From NCBI RefSeq assembly GCF_006345805.1, contig NC_043001.1, positions 101,680,001 to 101,744,000 of the forward strand: DNA of 64,000 nt. The letters are read 5' to 3'. Shown here piece by piece: positions 1-12,200 of this stretch. How positions within the stretch are numbered: position 1 is the stretch's first letter; the number at the start of each line of letters is the position of its first letter. Source of the DNA: Octopus sinensis. Taxonomy: Eukaryota. The notes beneath the pieces are model-generated. The model ran no database searches, was not told where the DNA came from, and worked only from the letters and a program-made list of their open reading frames with translations. The translations under genes and the position numbers were made by a program.

Positions 1-589
1 TAGCTGTGACTATCCTTTTAAAGAGACCTGGGATTATATTGTTTAAAGTGTTTTTCTCACTTTTTAAGATGGTGATGATGATTTAAAGGAGATTTGGTCT
101 CTATTTCTAGCAAGTTGAAAGCCACATAACTATTCCTTTGTTTTTCTCACGTGTAGGAAACAGTATTGGTGTTTGCCAGAAGTAAGAAACAAAATGTAAG
201 TTGTAGAAATGAGGTAGTACCAAAAAGTTCCTTGGCTAGCTCTGTAGCACGCCAACAGATGGCAGCACATGGTTGCATTCACAGTGAGAGTCAGCAGTGA
301 CCTTCATGAGGAAGTGTGCTAAGTGACAGCACTGTGTTTACTTCACAAGTTGTGAAATTTGTGTTTTTGTGATCACATGTAAGCCGTAGTCTGCAAATTA
401 TTATGGACGGGAACAAAGCGTCAACGTGAAATTTTGTGTTCAACTTGTGGAGTCTGCTATAGAAACATTGAGCATGCTTTGACAAGCTGACATCAATGAG
501 GCAGTGGGTTGTATGCAATGTTTTGAGTGGCACAAGTGCACGATAGAGCCACCGCTCAATCAAGTCTAAGTTCACCGTTTTTCACAACA

Positions 590-907
590 TTAGAAAATTA
601 CTATTTTTAAACCTTATAACAAGAGATATTCAGCAACAGTACTTTGGAGTAAAGATTGTTTGCCAACATAACATGACAGTCCTGGTTTAGGACGAATGTT
701 GCTGTAATTTAGCCCCAGGAGACATTGTCTCCGGCTGGTTATATGACATGATCTGTGTCCTTATATTTAGATTCCCTTGTTTGAAAATATAAGGATACAG
801 ATTGTATCATATAGCCAGCTGGAGACGATGTCTCCTGGGGCTAAATTACAGCAACATTTGTCCTAAACCAGGACTGTGATGTTATGTTGGCAAACAATCT
901 TTACTCC
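590..907. repeat. Fold-back copy of a dispersed repeat inside the mariner (arms ~646-770 and ~784-907)
   Basis: The left arm ggagtaaagattgtttgccaacataac...tgtccttatattt is the near-exact reverse complement of the right arm aaatataaggatacagat...gttggcaaacaatctttactcc. The same unit occurs as a direct tandem pair at 31745-32245. Confidence 0.85.
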
Positions 908-1027
908 ATCCATGGTATTGTGCATCAAGAAGTTGATCCCAGGGCCAGGTCATCAATGGAGAGTTCTACTGTGACGTTTTGAATTATTTGAGGGAAGACA
1001 TTCAGTGAAAGTGATCAGGAGTGGCCA

Positions 1028-1426
1028 TAGGTGCAGGAGTGACTGTGTGGTAAGTAGCTTGCTTACAAACCACATAGTTCTGGGTTCAGTCCCACTGTGT
1101 GACATCTTGGGCAAGATTCTTCTACTATAGCCTTGGGCCAACCAAAGCCTTGAGAGTGGATTTAGTAGACGGAAACTGAAAGAAGCTCATCATATATATA
1201 TATATATATATGTGTGTATATATGTTTGTGTATCTGTGTTTGTCTCCCCACCATCGCTTGATGTTGGTGTGTTTACGTCCCCGTAACTTAGCGGTTCAGC
1301 AAAAGAGACCAATATGATAAGTACTAGGCTAGACTTACAAAGAATAAGTCCTGAGGTTGATTTGTTCGACTAAAAGCAGTGCTCCAGCATGGCCACAGTC
1401 AAATGACTGAAACAAGTAAAAGAATA
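1028..1426 (+). mobile_element. tRNA-derived SINE, family A (full length)
   Basis: Head ggtgcaggagtgactgtgtggtaag (A box) and gggttcagtccc (B box), internal (TA)n, tail ccagcatggccacagtcaaatgactgaaacaagtaaaagaata. More than 10 related copies in the window. Splits the mariner ORF. Confidence 0.9.
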
Positions 1427-2081
1427 GATCTGTGGAGCGCGAAGAATTGGATTCTTCACAAAGACAATGCTGCCTGTCACCAGACTCTCCTCACCCATGA
1501 GTTTCTTGCCAAAAACATGGTACCATTTCCACACTCAGCCTATTCACCAGATTTAGCACCTGCAGGCTTCCATCTCTTCCCCAACGTGAAAATGCAGCTC
1601 AAAGGTCTCCGCTTTAACACCATTGTTGAAATCAAGAGTGAATCACAGAAAGTCTTCAACTTGCTCACAGAAAACGACTTCTAGGCTGGATTCCAAAAAT
1701 GGCAGGAATGTTGGAACTGGTGTATTACAGTGTAAGGAGACTATTTTGAAGACAATGGTAAAACATTTTAGTTTTTATTAGAACTTCTTTTGATACCACC
1801 TCATTGATGAAATATAAAAATATTTAACAACCACTTGTTCTAAAAGGTTTTATTGTAGCCCCTCTACTTTGTTCCTTCCTGTCCTTTCATAGCTGCTCCA
1901 CTCTGTCATGTTCCATTCTGTCATGTCACATTAAAATTCCTCACAATTCCACATAAATTGTTCCATCATCTTTTGATGCAGACCTTTTTACTGTCTGATG
2001 ATGCTTCAGTCAACCTCAAAGTTGATGTTTTATTCTAACTCTAAATCAACCCTAATTGAGCAAAAATATAACCATGCATTC

Positions 2082-2274
2082 GTGGCGAGGTGGCAGAAAT
2101 GTTAGCATGCTGGGAGAAATGCTTTGCGGTATTTCGTCTGTTGTTATGTTCTGAGTTCAAATTCTGCTGAGGTTAACTTTACCTTTCATCCTTTCAGGTT
2201 CAATAAATTAAGTATCAGTTGCGTACTGGGGTTGATCTAATCAACAGGCCTTGTGCCTAGAGTAGAAAAGAATA
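2082..2274 (+). mobile_element. tRNA-derived SINE, family B
   Basis: Head ggcgaggtggcagaaatgttagc, B box gagttcaaattc, body gaggttaactttacctttcatcctttcagg. Flanked by a probable target-site duplication, atataaccatg. Confidence 0.85.
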
Positions 2275-2942
2275 TATAACCATGTGCATTCCAGCCATGA
2301 CCATCCTGTTTTTTTCCCTGGCACAGTATATCCAGTACCACATTATCCAATACACTCTCCTTTATTTTTAAAAATCATTTGTATGCAATTTGGCTGCTAT
2401 TTTTGTCAGCTTAAATAACTACAAAGAAAGTCCTATATTTAACATCACAAAGTTGAATGGTACATTGACAAGCTTGTGAGTACTTTATTACTTTATATTG
2501 CTGAGTTTCATTGTTGGTAATCCTATACAAAATATTAACTACACAGATCTAACTTATCACCATTCCAGAACAGAAAAGAGTATGGTTCCTGGGGTCTTAG
2601 TTGTGTTGTCTTTAGAAACGAACCATTTAGCAATATTGCTAGCTAGACGTTGTTAGATATTCAACAGTGTTTTCTCATATTACAGGTTTCATGTAACCTA
2701 TTGCAAAACTACTGTAAGGCTTGATACAGTTGAAGAAGGATAACATTACGTAACAGAGATATGTATTTATAAATTTTAGTCATAGTATCCCAAAACAATA
2801 TGAACCATATCTCTATCAACTCTCTCTCTCCACAACACCACTCTGCTCCATGTTGTATCTCTCCACAATATAGTTTTTCATTGCATTTTCTTCTAGTTAC
2901 TCAATTAACACTATCATCCATCATTCCAGTCTTTCACACAAC

Positions 2943-3540
2943 GCTCCACCTCAGCTTCTTCACTCCACCTCCCCTTATTCACTCCACCTCGGCATTTTCA
3001 CTCCACCTCGGCTTCTTCACTTCACCTCAGCATCTTCACTCCACCTCAGCTTTTTCACTCCACCTCAGCTTCTTCATTTCACCTTGGCTTCTTCACTCCA
3101 CCTAGGCTTCTCCGCTCCACCTCAGCTTTCTCACTCCACCTCAGCATCTTTACTCCACCTCAGCATCTTCACTCCACCTCGGCTTCTTCACTCCACCTCG
3201 GCTTCTTCACTCCACCTCAGCATCTTCACTCCACCTCTGTATCTTCACTCCACCTCAGCATCTTCACTCCACCTCAGCTGCTTCCCTCCACCTCAGCATC
3301 TTCACTCCACCTCAGCATCTTCACTCCACCTCGGCTTCTTCACTCCACCTCGGCATCTTCACTCCACCTCAGCTTCTTCACTCCACCTCAGCTTCTTCAC
3401 TCCACCTCTGCTTCTTCACTCCACCTCGGCATCTTCACTCCATCTCAGTTTCTTCATTTCACCTTGGCTTCTTCACTCCACCTAGGCTTCTCCACTCCAC
3501 CTCGGCTTCCTCACTCCACCTCAGTTTCTTCACTCCACTC
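2943..3540. repeat. 19-bp minisatellite (consensus ctccacctcagcttcttca), about 31 units
   Basis: Direct tandem array. The overlapping ORFs repeat every 19 aa (3 x 19 bp). Confidence 0.95.
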
Positions 3541-3712
3541 TCAAACTCTTCTCGACTCAATCACACTCAACTACCTCATAACATTCTTCACCATTATATA
3601 ACTCCAGTTTATCACACTCCCATCTTCTGTTCAGATTTGAACTCCATACTCACACATCCTACTCCAGCACACATCCATTCACTCCATACATGTTAATCAA
3701 CTCGATTACAAT

Positions 3713-3750
<38 letters not shown>

Positions 3751-4244
3751 CCAAACGCACATACACCCGCACATTCTTCACCACTCTAATAACAACAGCT
3801 CCATCATTACATCATGTATATATATATAGCAGTAGAAGTATTGTTTCTTTTTTTTTTTCTTCTTTCTAGGGCAACATCTAAAAAATATTGATTGCAAATA
3901 TTCCGCATGAACATTTGGATCATGGATGCTGTTTATAATCAACTTTGCCAATTCTCCAGCTGAATGTAACACTTTTTAATGACCGCCACCAACCATTTGT
4001 AGCCTGCTACTATTACACATTTCATTTAGTTGCTCTTGGCCTTCCACTTTTATGATGATCCTTTTTTCCATGTTATTAGAAAAGACCCATTAAGTATTTC
4101 TCAATTTCTTCTGATCCCAAATCATAAAGTCTCTCATCTGCACTTTCAATTTAAGAATGGATTCATAAAATTCACAAAATCTATTGACATATTCTGGTTA
4201 CCAGTTTTGGTAGCGTACAGCTACGCATCAGGACAAATACATAT

Positions 4245-4640
<396 letters not shown>

Positions 4641-5306
4641 TGTGTGTGTTTTTGTATAATTTCATGTTGTGTTGTGTGAGCCTCTGGTTCCTTTGACAGA
4701 AACTTGATAGAGGCCATTTCGGTCTTTGATGTTGCCTGTTTATTCTCTTCGTTTGTTTGTTCCATTAGCTTGTTTAAGTATTTGCTTCCACACTGAATGT
4801 TTAAATGATGTTGTTAAGCTCAGACCATTTTGTAGAAAAACTGAAATAAATTTCCTCGTTCCATTTTCTCCCCTTTACTGTTAAAATGCTTCTCTGTGGT
4901 TTTTCTAAAATATTTCTACCTCCAGCTTTATGCCTGTGATCCTGGAGCACCAGAATCACAGCATCTACCATTAATAAATATATTAATGACCTGTCAAATT
5001 CACCAAAGACTTTACAGAGATTTACTTTTAAGGTAAAACTGAAAAGATCAAATCCCACTAAGTCTATTTGACAGCAATAAACTCTTGGCAGTAGGGAAGA
5101 ACAGATCCAGCTTTGCTGCCTCATCATAATCACTGTTCTAACATGAATTTCTTCTTCGTGCTATCACTGCAACAAATGGATTGGTCTGCAGAAGAATATC
5201 TTACCATTTCTCTCAAATCTAATATCACTACCTTTTTTTCTAATATCACTACTTCAACTTTCAACAGCTTCCAACACAGGGCAGAGCACATTTTCTCTAA
5301 TTTATG

Positions 5307-5733
5307 TGATTGTTACCAGCGTCGACTAACTGGTACCTGTGCCCATGCTAGTAGGGTACTAAGAGCACCATCAAAGAGTGATCATTGTCAGAGCGGCTCA
5401 CTGGCTTCCGTGTCGGTGGCACGTAAAAGGGCACCATTCGAGCGCGATCGTTACCAGCGTCGCCTTACTGGCACCTATGCCAGTGGCATGTGTAAAAATA
5501 TTCGAGCGAGGTTGTTGCCAGTACCAACTGACTGGCTCCCATGCCAGTGGCACATAAAAAGCACCCACTACACTCTCGGAGGGGTTGGCGTTAGGAAGGG
5601 CATCCAGCTGTAGAAACTCTGCCAGATCAAGATTGGAGCCTGGTGCAGCCATCTGGTTCATCAGCCCTCATTCAAAATCGTCCAACCCATGCTAGCATGG
5701 AAAGCGGACGTTAAACGATGATGATGATGATGA
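5307..5733 (+). mobile_element. RTE-LINE 3' UTR fragment (5'-truncated copy or tail-sharing SINE)
   Basis: Matches the 3' UTR of the LINE at 22400-22777: gtggcacgtaaaa subrepeats, gcacccactacactc..ttggcgttaggaagggcatccagctgtagaaac, ending aacccatgctagcatggaaagcggacgttaaac(gat)n. Confidence 0.85.
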
Positions 5734-7089
5734 TTTAATCTATAAATACCCTATAAGCAATACTCATAAACAAAAGCCTTCTATAGTAAATGTTAATGCA
5801 AAAAACAGTTACAGGTGAAGATTATAGCAAGGATCATGGCCAAAATGCTGAAGATTTACTGGCTTATAAACTGACCACTACCATTGTGAGATGGTTCTGA
5901 CAAACATAGCAAAGTTTATATGTTCTTTTCAACAACAGTATACACCATTGTTGATGGATATTTTAAACATTTACATTGTTGTTTAATTCTAATGTTGTCA
6001 TTGACAAAATGGAATTCCTTCAAGGCTGCAAGAAATGTCAGGCCTAACTGTCACAAAAGATAACTCTGGAAGAAACATATTCTCAACATAATCGAAATCA
6101 CATCTTCAAAAAAACTAGTCTTTTTCTTCAGGACCAGAAATTACTTCTAACCTCAAGACTCATAATGGAATGTTGCTTCCACATTTGGGACATTGCTGTG
6201 GTTACACAAAAAGACCATGTCTAAAGGAAGGTTATTCATATGTTTGGCATGAAATCATTCACCAATGAACTCCAGCCACACTCCCATGGATATGCTGTCT
6301 CTCCATGGGGCAGGTGAAACATTCAACAATCCGTGGTGATAAACCTAGCTGAAATTGAGACTTATAAATGACCCTGAAATGATTTTATTTCACCAATGTC
6401 CCAAACATTTTCCACCTTACCAAATATTCCATTCCAAGGAATTAGTGGAGTTGAAATGTTTATTTAACTCGCAGACACCCAAACGTTCACACACTCATAC
6501 ATACCATTTACAATCACATCCTCAATTGCTCTTTATGTAAACCTACAAAGAGAACTAGAAAAATGTAAATAGGTAAGTATATATACATCTCTCTCTCTTT
6601 CCCTCTCTCTCTTTCACACACACACACTTTCTCTGTTTATATATATATATTGAATTAGAAGTCACTCTCATTATGTAAACATTACTGATGTCCCTAATTA
6701 ATGAGTGCATTTCGTTTAGGCATTTATTGATTGCAGAATTTCTTCAGAGAAATAGCTGAAGACGTTGAGAGTTAGAAATGACTGAAACCCCAAAAATCAC
6801 TCCAAAGGTTTCCAGATAGTAAAGAGCTGAAATAATAATGAAATATTGATAGCTCCCATTCTCATTTATCCACACCCTCAGATGGGTCCCAGAGCCACTG
6901 ATGACATAAACAAAGCACATACAGTGTGTCTCATAAGTCTGGGGGTCACTGAAATGCTAGTCTCACTTCTAACAACACCATTTGACCTATTGCAGCCATC
7001 ACAGACCTCCTGTGTTCCTTGGCTTCTGCTACAAGTCTGTGAAACTTTAAGGGATGTGGAGCTGGACCAAACTGCTTTAAATAATAAGG

Positions 7090-7478
7090 AAAATAACAAC
7101 AACAAGAGCACTCAGAGCGCGCAAACTTCTACCAAGGCAACACCAACGTCCTCTCAACGATTAGCCGGAGATGATTTTTAAAATGAGAATATCTGAAATA
7201 AACTCAACGGCTCTCACAAACGAGAATACTAAAAATGAACATGACCACTCTCAAAAATGAAGTAAAAAGTAGGAAAAATAATCCAGAATCCCTGTCCAGT
7301 ACCAGATTGATACCAGAATCTAATCAGTTTGTGTTGTACCAGTCATGAGGCCAAACATCCCTGAAAGTTTTATCCTAGTCCATCCATTGGTTCTTGAGAT
7401 ATCTTGTCCATGGACAAACAAACAAACAAACAAACATGACTGAAAATAACACCTCCACCTTAGCGAAGGTGGAGGTAA
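7090..7478 (+). mobile_element. Helentron/DINE-1-like non-autonomous element (tentative class)
   Basis: 5' aacaagagcactcagag..aaacttctaccaagg; (caaa)n microsatellite near the 3' end; terminal hairpin acctccacctt-agcg-aaggtggaggt (11-bp stem). A second copy lies inverted at 23607-23912. Confidence 0.6.
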
Positions 7479-7743
7479 CAAGCTGGACCCATGAAAACTT
7501 CATGGTAAACATAATAAAACGAAAGCATTTGTAAGTTGTACGCTGGTGCCATGAGAAATGTTTCTATTTTGCGACAGTTACAGAATATAGAAAGAAGTGT
7601 AAAACAGGTGACAATATAATCCAACCAAAATATCTGTTACACAAACATAAACAGAATTACTATTTAGCCTTAAAATACATCATAACATATTCAAAAAACC
7701 TTCTTGATGTTTAGTGTTATGGAATGTTCTTCTGGTATTCTTT

Positions 7744-8011
7744 TATTCTTTTACTTGTTTCAGTCATTTGACGGTGGCCATGCTGGAGCACCGCCCTTTA
7801 GTCGAAGAAATCGACTCCTGAACTTATTCCATGTAAGCCTGGTGCTTATTCTATCAGTCTCTTCTGCCGAACTGCTAAGTTATGGGGATGCAAACACATT
7901 AACATCGTTGTCAAGAGATGTACTTCTCCAAAATGCCAAGCAATAGGACTGAACTAGGGACCACATGGTTCAAAAGCAAACTTCATAATGACACAGCAAG
8001 GCCTGCACCTA
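7744..8011 (-). mobile_element. SINE family A, internally deleted
   Basis: Reverse complement of the family A tail (tattcttttacttgtttcagtcatttgac) and head (ggactgaactagggaccacatgg...gcaccta). Confidence 0.8.
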
Positions 8012-9322
8012 ATAGTTCCCTCAAAATTAGATCCATACACAGACACGCACACATGCATGCACACACACACACACACACACACATACACTCACACGCACTC
8101 ACACATACACACACACATACACACTCACACACACACATACAAATAGAATGCCTGGTATGGAGAAATATTAATGAGTGATATTTTGACATCTTTTCCTTTC
8201 CTTCACTTCTTTCTCTCCTTCTCTCTCCCCTTCTCTCCCTTTCTCTTTCTTTTTCTTTCTCTGTAATACTAACTTGCAATTGTCTAACACAGCCTCGTAC
8301 CTCCCCCTCTCCCTCTTTCTCTTTCTCTCTCCCCCTCTCCCTCTTTCTCTTTCTCTCTCCCTCTCTCTCTCTCCTCCATATCAATGTGGCCCATGTTGGA
8401 AAATAAGATTAACAATGAGTTTGACAATATCCTAACACTTCCTCCCCCCCCCTTTCTAGCTTGGTGTTAGGAAATATGGATTAATAAGTAAAGAGATATT
8501 TCATATTTTACAACAGCCAGCTTCACTTGTTAAGCTAATTCCTCTCCTGACGAACCCCTCCACTCCTGGCCACCTCCACTCCTGGCCACCTCCACTCCTA
8601 ACCACCTTTCTTACCAACATTCTTATTCTCCCTCGTTATCTCTCATATTTCATTTAGCATTATATTACCTCTGTTGTTCAAAAAATACATGGGTTTGATG
8701 ACTCTGTAAAGTCAGACACCTGTAAGAATAGTTCGAAAGAGTATAACACAGTTGGAGATTTGCCAGAATGCCACAGAATCTAGTGAAGTAGGTGTTATTT
8801 TTTATTATTTATTGTTTGATATCAATTTTTTTTTATGTTGGCAGCAGGTGAGATATAAATAGATACATTTTATAAATTGCAGATTTCCACAGAATTGATA
8901 ATTATTTTTACAGTTTAGTGTCACTCTCGTTTCTAGTTAATCAATAATTACAAGTGATGCCTAATTGTCAACCGAGCAGACTGAGGCAAGTAGAATTATG
9001 TACCTTGTTTATGAGTATAGTATAATAGTAGTATTAGTAAGTGCTTAATTAATGATCTTGTAGTCACTTTACAGTACCTTAGCTCCACAATAAGTGTGCT
9101 ATTTTGGTAAAAACCCATCCCAGAACTGAAACCATAACAAAAGGGATTGAAATGGTAATCAGGAATGACATTTAAAAATTTTTCTTCTTCTTCTATGCCA
9201 ACAGGAATAGTTACTTAGTAAAGGAGATCAAAGCTAGCTTGAGTCAGCAACTTGGTTTATAAGGAGGTGATTTGGAAGTTGTGGGAGCAGACTGAACTAA
9301 ACTCGTTACATATATTCAATAT

Positions 9323-9488
9323 ATAGGCGTAGGAGTGGCTGTGTGGTAAGTAGTTTGCTAACCAACCACATGGTTCCAAGTTCAGTCCTACTGTATGCCC
9401 CCATGGGCGAGTGTCTTCTGTTATAGCCTCGGGCCAACCAAAGCCTTGTGAGTGGATTTGGTCGATGGAAACTGAAAGAAGCCCGTCG

Positions 9489-9529
<41 letters not shown>

Positions 9530-9741
9530 ATGTGTGTTTGTGTGTCCGTATCTGTCCCCCCACCATCGCTTGACAACCAATGTTGGTGTGTTTACGTCTC
9601 CATAGCTTAGCGGTTCAGCAAAAGGGACTAATAGAATAAGTACTAGCTTTACAAAGAATAAGTCCTGGGGGCGACTTACTAGACTAAAAAGTGGTGCTCC
9701 AGCATGGCTACAGTCAAATGACTGAAACAAGTAAAAGAATA
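9323..9741 (+). mobile_element. SINE family A (full length)
   Basis: Head ggcgtaggagtggctgtgtggtaag, internal (TA)n and tail gactgaaacaagtaaaagaata. Confidence 0.9.
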
Positions 9742-11206
9742 ATATCCTGAACTCAAATCCCTACAAAATGCTTTTCCTTTCGTCTGTGGTTCATAGAATA
9801 CCTGTGATTAATTATCTGAAGAAAGGATTCAATTACTTAGATCCTGCACCAACCAAAATTCGCTTTGCTACTGCTTCATAGTATTTAGCAAGTATCTTTT
9901 ATATATCCTATTGAGATAGCCTTTGTCTTTGTCCAATGACAGAAGATCTAAGCCCCTGGGGACAGAGACACTTTTCATACCTCGTCTTAATAAACAAACC
10001 TAACCAGCCAAATGAAATTTTACCACCTCTTCTCACCTGTGCCAGGGAGCAACTACCTCCTCTTGCCCCAACATTGCTGTAACTCTGCCTCTTTTGTCTT
10101 TCAGTTGTCGTTCTACCAACCCAACATTGAGATTAATATAACTGATTATACGCTGTCCTGAAAGTCATGACATAGATATGTTTAAGTATAGCTGGATAAG
10201 AATTTGTGGCACTGATATGTTTAAACATACCTAGATGATTACTTGTGATATAGACTTGTTTAAGTATAGTTTTTAGTAGTCTGTGGTCTGTAGCTAAAAT
10301 AGTCAAATGATCTATCTTGCCAGGAGTGTTATAGAGTAATCTCCCTTTAATAAGTTTCTCAGAAGATCCTACTTCACGAGAAGTAATTCTTAATTATTCA
10401 AGGAGCTTCACATTTCTCTTGGAAGTTTCTATAATGTCTAACATTCCATTAATAAAAACAGCTGGCTAACCCTGCTCTTTGCTTCTTAGCTGACTAAACT
10501 CTGAGCCATTCATGTCATTGCTATGTCCATCTATTTCTCTATGCCACATGACTGAAAACCACCACTTAGCTGTTATTTCTACATTTCTGAACTTCTTCGC
10601 ATAGATTACTTCATTCAACTGGATTCTTCATTTTGATTGTATTTCCTCGACAACCAATGAATAAAATACGTTTTTATGGAGTAAATATATAGTTCTTAAA
10701 TTTATTCTTCTTCTCTGTAAGAATTCTTCTATTAATATACATGCAGCCATTTCAATAATTGATACTGAACAAATATTCAACACTACAGTTTGACGAAAAT
10801 TTGTGACATTAATATGCCTAAGCAGTGAGTCGGACGAGACAATTGACATCTCTCTTACCGTTTTCTTCATAAAAGAAACATAAAAATGAAAAAGAAGTTT
10901 ATATTGAAATCATGAGATCTAACTACAACTGCAGTCCCAACATAATTCTTTCATTGTGGGATTGCAAAGACCTGTTACTTTTACAAATAATATTCGGTAA
11001 ATTCGGTAGCAGATTTCTCACAAGTATTAAGAATCTTTAAAGCTCTTTGAGATCTTCTTGAGCTTCCCAATTTTTCTGAGATGGGTGCTATTCAAAGTAA
11101 CTGGGATGATGATCATCATCATCATTACAAAATTAGTTTCCTGTTTTTCTTGATGATTGATAGTTGTCCACCATAGACAAGAGATATTTTGGGTGGTCAC
11201 CAATTC

Positions 11207-11385
11207 TACTGTTCTATATTTAAGAGATGAGGAATTATTTCCATTATTTACATTTGACGGATATTTGTCCTCACCTCGTTTGTTGTTAAGACGTTTCAGC
11301 TGATATACCCTCCAACCTTCATCAGGTGTCTTGAAGAAATTTCGAACCTGGGTTCTCATTCCTAAGGTATTTTTCAATGTTATTA

Positions 11386-11439
<54 letters not shown>

Positions 11440-11769
11440 TCACTGCCTGGATTGAACTTGAAATCTTGGGGTTAGTACCTCATGCTCTTAACCATGATGC
11501 CATATGCTCGTGGGCATATGGCATAGTGGTTAAGAGCACGGGCTGCTAACCCCAAGATTCCGAGTTCAATCCAGGTGGTGACCTGAATAATAATGATATA
11601 AATAATAATAATAATAATAACATTGAAAAATACCTTAAGAATGAGAACCCTGGTTCGAAATTTCTCCAAGGCACCTGATGAAAGCTTGGAGGGTGTATTA
11701 GCTGAAACGTGTTAACAACAAATAAGATGAGGACAAATATCCGTCAAATGTAAATAATGTAAATAATGT
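11207..11769. mobile_element. Head-to-head palindromic element: 2 x [tRNA-Ser-like head, (AAT)n, hammerhead-like motif, tail]
   Basis: Arms are reverse complements around gccatatgctcgtgggcatatggc (11499-11522). A box tggcatagtgg, anticodon-like loop ct-gct-aa (11543-11549), B box gagttcaatcc. ctgatga...gaaacgt occurs at 11675-11710 (+) and ~11290-11330 (-). Confidence 0.85.
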
Positions 11770-11929
11770 ACCGATTCTACTGTTGGCATCTTATGAAATT
11801 TACCTGCTCTGATTAAACAAACTTGAAATCAAAGATGTTTCAGGACGATTTGGGTTCTGTCATAATGTATCAAGGACTGCATTACCAAATGTGTTCTTTT
11901 TTTAATTAGAGACAGTTATGATTTGATTC

Positions 11930-12145
11930 TTATTTTTTACTTGCTTCAGTCATTTGACTGAGGCCATGCTGGGGCACCACCTTGAAGAATGTTAGTCAAA
12001 TGAATTGACCCTCAGAACTTGGATTTTTAAAGCCTGATATTTATTCTCAGTCTGTTTTGCTGAACTGCCAAGTTACAGGAACATAAACACACCAACACAG
12101 GTTGTGATGTGTTGGTTGAGGACAACACAGATGCCAAGACATACA
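11930..12145 (-). mobile_element. SINE family A, 3' half
   Basis: Reverse complement of the tail: tttttacttgcttcagtcatttgactgaggccatgctgggg. Confidence 0.75.
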
Positions 12146-12200
12146 TACATACACACGCATATGTGTGTATGTATATATATATATATATATAATATATATA

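Larger units (their letters stand above)
209..1804 (+). mobile_element. Decayed mariner DNA transposon with both TIRs, interrupted by two younger insertions
   Basis: TIRs: atgaggtagtaccaaaaagttc (209-230) versus gaacttcttttgataccacctcat (1781-1804). Transposase relics: N-terminal EQSVNVKFCVQL..ETLSML*..QCFEWHK (~410-535); HGIVHQEVDPQGQVINGEFYCDVL (~911-985); WILHKDNAACH..HSAYSPDLAP..LFPNVKMQLKG..GDYFE (~1430-1750). Contains stops; the central region is replaced. Confidence 0.9.

Noticed and set aside
2943-3540. CRISPR-like or repeat-protein reading of the 19-bp array
   Set aside because: Units are contiguous with no unique spacers, there are no cas genes and the context is eukaryotic. The unit length is not a multiple of 3.
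3880-4140. Possible Tc1 relic on the minus strand (KSGRPRAT)
   Set aside because: One short motif among many stops; no TIRs or DDE region found.
4801-5133. 110-aa minus-strand ORF as a standalone gene
   Set aside because: No recognisable domain, a non-ATG start and an in-frame stop just upstream. A competing + strand exon reading (4926-5032) is equally unproven.
6421-6541. Minus-strand segment with a very strong acceptor (ttctctttgtag) and donor (TTG|gtaagg)
   Set aside because: All three frames contain stops. It could be a non-coding exon, but there is no independent support.
9800-11200. Protein-like but stop-ridden minus-strand stretches (possible old RLE LINE or pseudogene)
   Set aside because: Only vague resemblance (ISCLW..IIPVTL), too weak to assign a family.
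11513-11582. Functional tRNA-Ser gene (and the other tRNA-like heads)
   Set aside because: No 3' acceptor-stem complement and no long variable arm; multicopy, diverged and fused to repeat bodies, so these are SINE/pLTR heads.
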